DNA of 64,000 nt from contig CM082580.2 in the NCBI GenBank assembly GCA_040954595.2, positions 6,455,519-6,519,518 of the forward strand, read 5' to 3'. Within the stretch, counting starts at the first letter, position 1. The number at the start of each line of letters is the position of its first letter. The position numbers were made by a program, and so were the translations under genes. Below the pieces are notes generated by a model that made no database searches, was not told where the DNA came from, and saw only the letters and a list, made by a program, of their open reading frames with translations. Positions 40,581 through 51,501 of the stretch are shown here, piece after piece. This stretch comes from Balanoglossus misakiensis. Lineage: Eukaryota > Animalia > Hemichordata.

Positions 40581-43579
40581 TAATTAGCTGGCTGCCACGG
40601 GTTGAAAGATACATTTGTACATGTAGTCATTTTGACTTGCGTGTGACGGTCTCTCCTGTGAACAGAGAGTATTCCTGGAAAGTACATGGATTATCCAACA
40701 CGGAGCATATTTTATTATGTATGGATGAAGACAACTTTGTTGTGGATATACCGGTAATACATGATTGTATTTGTTCATGTTCCCTCTCTGCAGACTGTGG
40801 ATTAAGTCAAAGGGTGATAATGGATTGGACGATGTCAGTCGTGTGACTGCGTCCACGTTTGGCCTTCTCTCAAACATACCTGGACCAATGTTACTTAAAC
40901 TTTATACACAGATATTACTAGTTTAGATAGTTAGGCTTTTAGTTTATTTTAAAATAGCCAGATTTTCATTTGAAATGTACCTACAAGTCACAACCATGAC
41001 TTAGTGTGGACCTCATCATTTTCACATCTGACCAAGGAGGTGGGAAATACTAAACGTAATCAGACCACTTGTTTTGTATTGGCATGTCACAGCTGTGTTT
41101 GATGTGTAGGATCATGCACACTGGGGAAAATTGTAACAAATTTATAGGAACTTGGAAGAAAAGACGCACTAGAAATGCTAAGATTTATTTCAGAAATAAA
41201 TATATTTAATCTCTGATAATTAAATGTCGACATATCAACAATTTTTACAACTTTTACTGGAAGAATTATTGATTGCACCGCTGGAGATGTTCTCGTCAAG
41301 GGTGAGATACCTGTCCATGAACATCACACAACAGATGATGTGGTTTGTGAAGTTCTAAACATTGGACATTTGAATTTGTCTGGAATCTAGTTATTGTTCA
41401 AAGCAATGAGTCTTTACATGATCTCTTTGCTAGCTGCTAACTAGAAACCTGGCGACTTTTTTATTTTTTCACCATAGACACTGGCATCGTAGGTTGCACT
41501 GCACTGGTGTTGTATACAACATTTGATGTTAAAGCCAGATGAAATATTAAGAAAAAGATTGCCCTGCTACATTGTAGAGTATGTCAGTTCTAGTTAGGAC
41601 ATCTTACAATGTAACCAACCCCAAACATGCACTGACAGAATTTAAGTTACTGTTAATGGGTAAGGATTTCACAGCCAAATATAAAAAGTGGTAAAAATAT
41701 CAAGAAGCAAGGAATAAATATTGGAAGTTTTTACCAAGGTATACAACCTATGTGCATGAAGTAAATGTGCTTACGCAGAGTTGAGGAAGAAGTCATTTGT
41801 CAGGGGATAAAACACTTGCCCAAGTGAGGCAAATTTCTCTGAAAAGTAGACAGCTTACACCTCGTGTTTTGAAAATTCAATTCACGTGACTTGACTGTAA
41901 AAAAGTAAAGTAAAAAAACAAAAAACGTTTTTAATGGCTGAACCATCACAGAGTGATAAATCTTCACCCACACAGCTTTCTATTAACAGTACACTCACAC
42001 GGTTCATACCAGCAGCATTTATATTAAGCCACAGAATGGTGTTTTGAATGAAGGCTGGCAATATTTTACGCAGTTGTTTCCTAGCGTATTGATGAAGGCA
42101 TTAAAATTAGACAAATATCAACCTCCCCCCACCCCCTGTGACTTTCACTGGGATACCCTTCACTCACAGTTGTATTGCCAATATGTACACAAAAATTTTT
42201 TAAAGCCACAGTATTTCTCGTAGGGGCAAAATTTTGTTTGAAACGGCATCTATAATTTCTAAAAGTAGATGATAATTGATACTGAATCGAACAGTCATCA
42301 TCCCCAGCTCTGCTGATAAACTCATACAATTTACAATATAACGAGTGAAGAATGACTTTCTGTCCGGACAGAAAGTCACGTGAGTCAGGCTAATGTTGAC
42401 ACACGTGACTAGTGCGCATGCGCACTCAAATGTGAATCTATGCGGAAGAGGTTTGGTCGCCCCAAATCAAGCGACTCAGCGAAGAAATGCGCACTAATTC
42501 GGCGAAATTTTGGGAAGATAACTTTATGGGAGAAATCAGTCGATGGAACCAGATCAAATCCGAAAATGGTCTGACCATCAAAATGTCAAAGTGGCGCGTT
42601 TGCTGATCGACATGTACAACATTTCCGTTGTAAACAAACCCGCGCATCATTTCAAGTGTTACAGGCAATATTTACAGCTTGCACGTAGCTACAGTTGCCC
42701 AAACCTTTCTTACATCTTCATTATATAGTATTCCATGATGGATGTACTGGAAAAACGGGCTTTTTTCGATGATGAAAAATGGATGCACACGAGAAATACT
42801 GGGGCTTTAAAAGTTGCAAATAAATCAGCTACCTCGGGATGTATATTTCAGTAAATATCACTGTAAATGTTATTTTAACAGGGAAAAAATCAGTACATGT
42901 ACTTTTGCAGAGAGGTTTGCTTACATTTGAGTCAGGGGTGAGGAACCGTGACCTCATTGCCACAAGGCAAATTATACCTATAGTCAGAGTTCCCTTCACC
43001 CCTTACTTCTGTTTGGGCATAGTGTGATAATATTGAACCCAAAACAATGTCAACAGATAGCAACTTTGTCCCTTCAAGACTGTTACAGGCAGTTGGTACC
43101 TTACTGAACATCAGTAAATGGCAAATTTACAAACTGAACAACTGTCTAAAAAATGGCAGAAAGTATTTTTGTTTAAAACCTGAAAACCATATGCACATTT
43201 ATACACAACATATACATGAATGCTTGAATTGTTAGATACACACCCATACACCTACTTGAAAATCTATTCTACTTAAAAATACACTTGGTATCTGGGTTTG
43301 TAGCACTTACAATACCATAATAAATACAAATGCTGTACAGAAGAAACTCATTGTAAATATCGGGATATGGGAATTGAGTTGACAAAATCACCAATTACGT
43401 AGACATGCACAGCAAGAGAGATGGAGAGAGAGAGGGACAGATATGCCACAGTTTATATTTGGCTCTCAAGCAGGTTTTGTTTTAACATGCAGCAGTCGTA
43501 TTGCAACTATTCATGCCAACCCGAGGAGTGCCTACACTGTAGGTACGATGAATTATTCCATTGGCTCTTTTACATGTAG

Positions 43580-45289
43580 TTAATTTCCTTCATCGTCTTC
43601 ACGGACAATGATGGTTTTCCCATCATCATACTGCTTGACGTCGGAGAGAGCCACGACTTGAACTGATTTGGGTTTAGTGACCCACAGGTATTCATCAAGA
43701 GTCCTCTCTGTGCACCGAGCGATGAATCGTATGAAGGGCCTCACATCGCCCTTGTTGGCCGTTTCAAGAAACTCATAATACGCATGCCTCTCTTGATGTT
43801 TGATAGTCACGGGGGGAAAGCCCGCCTGCATGAGAATGACGTTCATGAGGAGCCGAGACGTCCGTCCGTTCCCATCGAAAAATGGATGGATGTAGACCAA
43901 TTTGTAGTGCGCCAACGCGGCGAACTCGATGGGGTGCAATTCCTGAACGTCCTCCGAGTTCAGCCAGGCGATGAAGTCGTCCAGCAGCTCCTCCAGCTGG
44001 TCGGGCGGCGGCGGGACGTGGCTGCCGACGAACACCTGGGTGTTCCTCACGGTGCCGGCGTCCAGGGGCTCGGCGTTGCCCAGCACCCGGCGGTGGATGT
44101 CCAGGATGTCCTTGACCGTGATGGAGCCGATGCGGTGCACCAGGCTGGTGTTGATGTACTTCATGGCGGCGTCCAGCCCCAGCACCTCGTTGTGCTCCAT
44201 CAGGCTCTTGCCTGGCACGGCCATGCCCGTCTCTAAGATGGCCCGGGTCTGCGCCAGTGTCAGCGTGTTGCCCTCGATGGCCAGGGTGTGGTAGATGTGC
44301 TGGTAGTACATCTCCAGCTGGGCCCGCTGCAAGGCGGCGTTGTTCCCCGGAATGCGGTACAACTCGTCCCTCTTCATGTCAATGCGCAAGAAATTACTGC
44401 TGTCGATCTCTTCCACAAGAGGCTGAGTCCTTTTCCTGTTGATCAGCGCTTTGCCGTGATTCGGCTCCACCAGCAAAGCGCTTGTGTACATGAGTTCTGC
44501 TTTCATCACGTCCTCCGCTTCAAGGAATTCTCCATAATCATTCAGAGCATCGGCGTGGTTGGGATCGAGGTTAAGCGCATGTTCAAACAGTTTGTGAGCC
44601 TTGGCCCTCTTTCCATGTATCTTTGCATCAAGTGCTTGGTGAAGTGCAGCTAATGCTTCTCCTTTGATATCTGTAAACATTAAACAAATGTTAGAAAGAC
44701 TAATTTTACTGTGAATCTTCTCTGCAATGATATTATTGTTATGAATGATGATTTCCATGGATTTTTTATGCAGTTGCCATCAGTGTGGAGATAACCAAAC
44801 TCCTGAAAATATATTTCAGTATTCTATTCATGGACACGTTAACTTAACAAGAATTGTCGTGTATATGTTGACATATGCCTGAAAGTGAAACCACATCCCT
44901 AATACAGCAGTTCCCTAAAATACTTCAGAGCTTTGCTGACGCAATAGGAATACCGTGGCAAACGGGGGATGTTGACAGCTGTCAAAAACTGTGTGTTTAC
45001 AATTCACAACCGTTATACGATTTAACTGTTGATTGATCTTAATAGGCAAATAGTTCGTGTATCGTCGATGACATAGAGACCCACCTGGTCGCACCATAGG
45101 CCTTTCTTTGACCGTCATCGGGTAATTGAGAAGATCGTAGGTGGGGTTTCCTCCCGGAAGAAGATCGCGATCTGGCGAACTGGTTCGGCCGAGTCCCAGC
45201 GGTAGCCACTCGACCGGGATGATAGACACAAATATCGTGAACGCCACGCCACTGAGGAATACCAGGATGAACGAACACTTAGGCAACAT
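43580..45289 (-). CDS. FICD: Protein adenylyltransferase FICD/HYPE (TM, TPR, FIC domain), about 431 aa
   Basis: Exon 1 45289-45085 (hydrophobic [20 protein letters not shown] anchor; an upstream in-frame ATG exists at 45382). Exon 2 44670-43580 has TPRs, the inhibitory TLAIEGN motif and the catalytic [12 protein letters not shown] motif. Confidence 0.97.
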
Positions 45290-45785
45290 GTTTTCCCAGT
45301 TTTGATCATTCTTTTCGGTTTTGTACCAAGCAGAAATCCGAATCGACAGCATTATACCGGTACAACTCTTCCATATCGACATTTCCAGTCATATATACGA
45401 ATGAGGTGGGGAAACTCGAGAACACAGTTCGATGTAGACGTTTGCAAAAATCTTCGATCTCAAAATAAATCAATAAAAATAAATTTTATGAATACTAATT
45501 TATTCATTTTTCTATGATTTTATAGTGAAGCTTGGACACTGACCTAAAATACCAAGTTATCAAGAAAGTTTTAAGACGAATACTGGACTGGGATGTACAT
45601 AATGTTTTTCTATTTTGTAACGTACGGTTGGCGAAATTTGATTGGTCAGGCCTTCTAGGTTCCGAGGTCAATCCCGGGTCATTCCAGAGTTCATTTGAGG
45701 GCCACATGTGCGATGGCATAAGGAAACACATGTTGATGTGTTCACTGTCGTTGTACACTAAAATAGCGTATTTCGAAAGTTCAAA

Positions 45786-48700
45786 ATGGCACTGTTTACC
45801 ATAAACAGGTAAGTTGATGATCAGAAAACCCAAGCAGTATGTTCACGTGGATATGAGAGCGATGGGGAAGCTTGAAAGCTGTCGTCATATATGGCCATGA
45901 TTTGGCTGTGCCCCCCCCCCCCACACACACACAAATAGCTGTGTTTCCACAGCAACTGGTCACAATGCTGAATCATGATGAGGAACACATACCTTGGTGT
46001 GTCTTTCCCCCTATCTGTTTGTTTTATTCCACATTGTCATGATTTTTCTCTCCATCTAGATACATGGGCGAGGACGAAGATCTAGACAATACAGTATCTT
46101 CTCCGGACATTATTTTGTCAAACTTGCATAAAAGGGCTGAACAGAGGAAATTGCAAATCAAGAAAGGAAAAGATGACATCCTGGTGTCAAATGCAATTGA
46201 AGATGATAAAGGTCCATCTCCACAAGAAGAGAAGAAAAGGAGAAAAAAGAAACATGAAAGCCCATCCAATGAGGATGATGAAAGGACACCTATTGTAAAG
46301 AAAAAGAAAAAGAAGAGGAAAATTGATTCAGAATGTTGTGATACTGAGGAAGCGGACAGTGAATTACACAATGTGGAACAGAAGAAGAAACAAGTTACAG
46401 ATGATAATAACCATTTAAGTGAGGATGTGCCTGCTCCAAAGAAAAAGAAAAAAGGCAAGCAATCATTATCCACCGAGATATCTGTAAATACAGATTCACT
46501 TGACAAAACTGTGAGTAAGATGAAAATGAAAAACAAGAAAATTAAGAAAGAGTCCACTGATTTTACAAGAGTGAAAGATGAAACTGTAAATGAAACAAGG
46601 ACCGATGACGATGATGTGCCGTCAAAAGATAAAGCAAAAGGGAAAAAGAGAACGTCATCGATGGAAAATGATGATGATGACGACGACGATGATGTAGAGG
46701 ATGGATCACAAAGTGGGGAAGAAAAAGATGCGGATGAGAATGAAGATGATGATGTTGAGAGACAGGAAGACGAGGGGAAGAAAGAAGAAGTCGCCGAGAA
46801 GGACGATGAACTTGGCTTTACAATATTGGGTGATATTGAAAATCAGAAGGCAAAGAAAGTAAGTTTGATATATGGCAACTGATTGTGCTGGGTATCCCGT
46901 GTCAGTTTCTCGAAAATTATGAATGAATTACAGCTGGTTGTTGCTATAAAAATGTCCATTTCAAACTGATAATTAATTTTGTGTGATACGTTCGCTAAAC
47001 TAACGCCAACAAACTGCAGTGCAAACCTGTACAAAGATTGCTCTTCCTATTGGTGTTTACATGTACATCTTGTGTGAGAGAAGTCCAGTGGTAAGCCACG
47101 CCACATTTTTTCGTAAATTCAAATGAGTAGTACTACCCCTCATTATGCTCAAAACTTGTGACATAATTACTCTCCAGGTGCACAGGGTCCTTCCTGATTG
47201 GCTGACCAACCCATCAATCATTGCGAACGACATCAGCCTGGAAACATGCAAAATTCAAGATCTGCCTGGTCTCCATGAAAAGATTTTGACAAAGCTAGAA
47301 GAGTCTGGTATCACACATTTTTTCCCAGGTATTTCTCAGATATTCTTCAGATGTGTGTCAACTCTGGGTTGTGTGCGTGTGTACGCTTTGATATTGTACT
47401 GTACATAACAGAACATCTGACCTACTGGTACTCTGGTTTCTCTGCAATTTTGAAAACACAGAGTTAGAAACACAGTTGATAACTGAATCGTGCCAATTGA
47501 TTTTCTAAGACTTTCGCTTTGTTCCTACAGTTCAGCAACAAGTCATTCCTGCCATACTGTCCTGTGTACGGCACGGTCTGCAAGCTGGTGTCGGAGGCTT
47601 CAGACCAAGCGACATGTGCGTGTCTGCACCAACTGGCAGTGGTAAAACCCTGGCGTTTGTCATCCCCATCATTCAGGTAAAATACATAAGAGTCCTACTA
47701 ATAGGTCGGTTTCATGACCCCTGGGTGACCCTTACATCCTGGTATTCTCGTTGGTATGTGTTTTTCACAGTCTGCACATGCAAGTATTAAAACTCCAAGG
47801 TGAAGTAAGATGTTATTTAGGCAGCACATGATGTTGTTGAAAGTATTAGTAAACAAATTGCTAACAATTTTGTCTTGAAAATCTGTCAAATCTTGCCAAA
47901 ACCTGTCACTGTGGTTGACATACCCCATTGTTATCTGCATCCTTGACTGACAAAGCTTTGAACTCAACCCACATAGGCACTGATGAATCGGATCGTGTGT
48001 CAAGCGAGGGCGCTGGCCGTACTACCCACCAGAGACCTGGCCATGCAAGTCTATCAAGTCTTCACCAAAATCAGCAAAGGCACTGGTTTGAAAATTGCAC
48101 TGACAGCTGGACACAAAACTCTGGCGCAAGAACAGGCATTGTTGGTGAAAGAAGGGTAACTAAGCACTGTGTGGTTCAGTGGTTTCAGACTTATACATTC
48201 ATTTATCCCCACATACACTGATGGTGTGGAACAGTAAAGCCAAGATGAATTTTTGCATGCATAAAGATTGAGGAGGCACCATTCGAGTTTCCCGTGCTTC
48301 ACTCACTTTTTGCGATTTCTCTTCTCAGGGACTGTGGACACATGAGTCTTGCAGACATCGTCGTAGCAACCCCAGGTAGACTGGTTGATCATATCAACAA
48401 GACACCAGGGTTTACCTTGCAGTACCTGAGATTCTTGGTATGTGTTATTTATGGTTTGTTTAAAAGATGCTTCAGTGTTGTAGTCTAAGGGAGTATACAC
48501 GCTACAGTCTGCATGTTGTTTGTTGCTAGATCATCGATGAAGCCGATCGCATGATCGACCAACTTTCAAAGGACTGGATCCAAGAAGTGGAGAAGGCTGC
48601 GTACAGGAGTGTTGATGGCTGCCCTGTTCGACAGCAACACACTAGTTTGACTGTAGCCAAGTGAGTCCCATTAGAAATCCGTTCTAATCCTAGTAAACTC

Positions 48701-51347
48701 TCTGATGCTCTGATAACCACATATAAATGGATGAATTGCCAAATGCCAACAGTTCCTTGCATGAACTTAATATCGCAGCATTTTTACTCACCCAAAAAGT
48801 TCTTCAGTTAATTCTTTAAATTGTTTTTCTATTTTTTCAGTGCCTACAAGATTCAACTCCCGGTAAGTATTTCATTAAAGTCAATTTTCATGCAAGCGCA
48901 CATTGCACATTGAATTATATATATCAACATACATGAATAGCAGTTTCATTTAACCATACATTTTCTTTAATTCATAACCCTTACCCTTTCACCCCGTAAT
49001 CATCGTAAGACGACTGGTTGTTACTTACTTGAGGTATGGATATTAATAAGACATTGCCTTTCTCTTCATTCTAGCTGCAAAAATTGCTGTTCTCAGCAAC
49101 GCTCTCACAGAACCCTGAAAAGTTGATGCCCCTGAATCTCTTCCACCCCAGACTGTTTACGTCTGTCGTCAAGGGAACCGGCGATGCGGAATCCGTCGGC
49201 AAGGAGTGGGAGTTTGTTGGTAAATACACTACTCCAGCTGGACTGACGGTAAGTGGGTTTTTATCAGTATGCGTGAAATGATGTATATGTTGAGTTGTAC
49301 ATGTATGTGTGTGTGTCACTTTGTTGGGTTAGAGATCACTTGCAGTAGAGTGCTCAAAACAGAGCTGCAAAATGCAATTAAACAATTCCTTTTTTTCCTG
49401 TGTATCCTAGGAGCATCTGATACAATGTCTTGCTGGTGAGAAGCCTTTGATGGTCCTGCATTTACTTGAGAAATTTAAACTCTCACAAGTGCTGTGCTTT
49501 ACCAACACTGTGGAGGCAACTCACAGGTAATTTATTAGTATTACAGTTTTGACATGCATACATCACTGAGCTATAGTGTGGTGTTGGTGTTTCACTGTTT
49601 TCATTATGTAGGTGGTGTAATTTACAAGCAATCAATGTATTTTCACTCCTTGTGGCAAATCTTTACACCATGTAAAGATTTGCCACAAAGAGTGAAAATA
49701 CATGTGTTGTGGTCTAATTAAATGCCAACATTTCACTGACCAGGGCAGCTAAGCTGTAATTACACACTGCAATGTTTTGTTTTGTGTGTATCACTGGCTG
49801 TTTGAATTTCTGGGCATGCCTTTTCAAGATCCAGGTGCTAATGAAGATGTGTACTCTTTCCCAGGTTGCATATGCTGCTGAAGCTGTGTGGTGGGATCTC
49901 CGTGGCGGAGTTCTCGGCCAAATTGACGCCACCACAGCGAACAAGACTCTTGAAACAGTTCAAGGATGGAGAAATACAGATGTAAGCTTGCTTCTAGATT
50001 AAGAGTTAATTGTTCTCATGAAATTTCTCTGAACAGAAGCTAACAGTGATATGTAATACACTGACAATGACTTTGATATCTGTGTTCCCCACAACAGTTG
50101 GTTGTGGTATGTAGTAGCTTAGTTTGCATGAACTGCCGTTTATTGTTTTAATACAGGACAGGAGTATGTATATACATGTTGTATACTGGTTGTGGGGAGA
50201 ATACTGGATACAAACCAGTTGTGCTGCAGACACATCCACAGTCTGGATTTCTTAAAACAATCTCGGCTGTACCATTTTCTGGCTATTCCATTGCTCTGTT
50301 GCTCCATTATCCATAAGAATCTGCTTCTCACTCTGTGTAAAATCCAATTGCAGTTTGATATGTTCGGACGCCATGGCCCGAGGGATGGACATCACAGAGG
50401 CCAACGCCGTCATCTGCTACGATGTGCCACCCTACATCAAGACTTACATACACCGTGTTGGTAGGACTGCCAGGGCGGGCAGGCAAGGGACGGCCTATAC
50501 GCTGGTCTTGGACAAACAGGTAGGCTGGCCCTTGTTGTTGATAGCCTTTCATGTTTCGAAAACCTTTCCTTTCAGACATTGTCCTGTACCTGTGTGCTGT
50601 GTGCAGCAACTTGCATCTGAATGACCCACGCAGACATGTATGAAGTCAATTTGATATTGAGTTTGAAAATTTTGTACATGTAATTTAAATAAGTGACAAA
50701 TATGGAAGTGGAATTTGCTGTTGTTATGAATGTCATGCCGATAAATGATCAATAATGATTTAATGTTACTGAAATAATGGTCGCTCGCTCTTGTTGAATT
50801 CAGAGGAAGCGTTTTGAGTCCATGCTGAAGGACGCTGGCAAGGTCAATGCACAGTGGATGAAAATAAAACGAAAGATGTTGGAGCCATTCGTGGAGGCCT
50901 ATGAGGGCGCCCTACAACAGCTGCCAGATGTATTGCAGGCAAGTGTACATGATATATAATAATGACGTGGTCAGTGTGTTATTACCGTTTCAATATACAT
51001 GGGCTAACCGTTATTCTTGTCCACATTTTGCACCAATGATTTTCACGAGAACCCATCCCAAGACTTTATTTGAAAAAAATGATTTTGTACCACCTTGTAT
51101 GAAATCGTTACTCCTGCAGTTAATGTACTGGTTAAACAATTTTAGTCCAATACATTTGTGATAACCAGATCATTAATTCACAAGTATTTAACATTTTCTC
51201 AGTATATAATCACTCATTTTCAGTGACCCCTGCAATGCTGACCTTCTTACCATTGAAAGTGTTCTCACTTTAATATTTCATATTTTTGCCTCTGTGTCAT
51301 TTTGATGTTGTTTTGTTTTTCAGGAGAACGAAAAAGGCAAGAAATGA
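45786..51347 (+). CDS. DDX51: ATP-dependent DEAD-box RNA helicase DDX51 (Dbp6 family)
   Basis: Exons 45786-45808 (MALFTINR), 46060-46858 (K/D/E-rich), 47178-47328 (VHRVLPDWL), 47531-47676 (APTGSGKT), 47977-48155 (PTRDLA), 48329-48437 (ATPGRL), 48530-48660 (DEAD), 48841-48862, 49075-49248 ([12 protein letters not shown]), 49411-49526, 49865-49981, 50354-50519 (HRVGRTAR), 50804-50938, 51324-51347 (TGA). Confidence 0.95.
47701..47758 (+). mobile_element. Fragment (one end) of the ATAGG...CCTAT MITE family
   Basis: ATAGGTCGGTTTCATGACCCC...TACATCCTGGTATTCTCGTTGGTATG resembles the left end of 52046-52263. Confidence 0.55.
49635..49703. repeat. Near-perfect 33-bp inverted repeat with 3-nt loop in a DDX51 intron
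   Basis: ATGTATTTTCACTCCTTGTGGCAAATCTTTACA-CCA-TGTAAAGATTTGCCACAAAGAGTGAAAATACAT; one mismatch. Confidence 0.9.
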
Positions 51348-51501
51348 TGGAAATTAGATTCTGTAGAAGAACAGTTGGGACATGGGGATGGCAGAAGTTT
51401 GAAAAGTTTTAGCACAAATTACTAGTACACACTGGTGTAGATGAAGTGTTCTCGCTGTTTCCTTGTCACATTGCATTTTGTCAACGACAAAACTCCAACC
51501 C

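Noticed and set aside
43784-44653. Several long + strand ORFs and a GC-rich core inside FICD, suggesting an antisense gene or bacterial Fic horizontal transfer
   Set aside because: These are antisense shadows of GC3-rich codons. The protein has the standard metazoan TM-TPR-FIC layout and an intron, and the TAF8 last exon shows the same GC-rich interior.
45809-46059. TGATGA and CTGA motifs in DDX51 intron 1 as a possible C/D snoRNA
   Set aside because: No terminal stem, plausible spacing or recognisable rRNA guide.
46024-46557. 177-aa Phe/Ser-rich minus-strand ORF
   Set aside because: Antisense shadow of the Lys/Glu-rich DDX51 exon 2.
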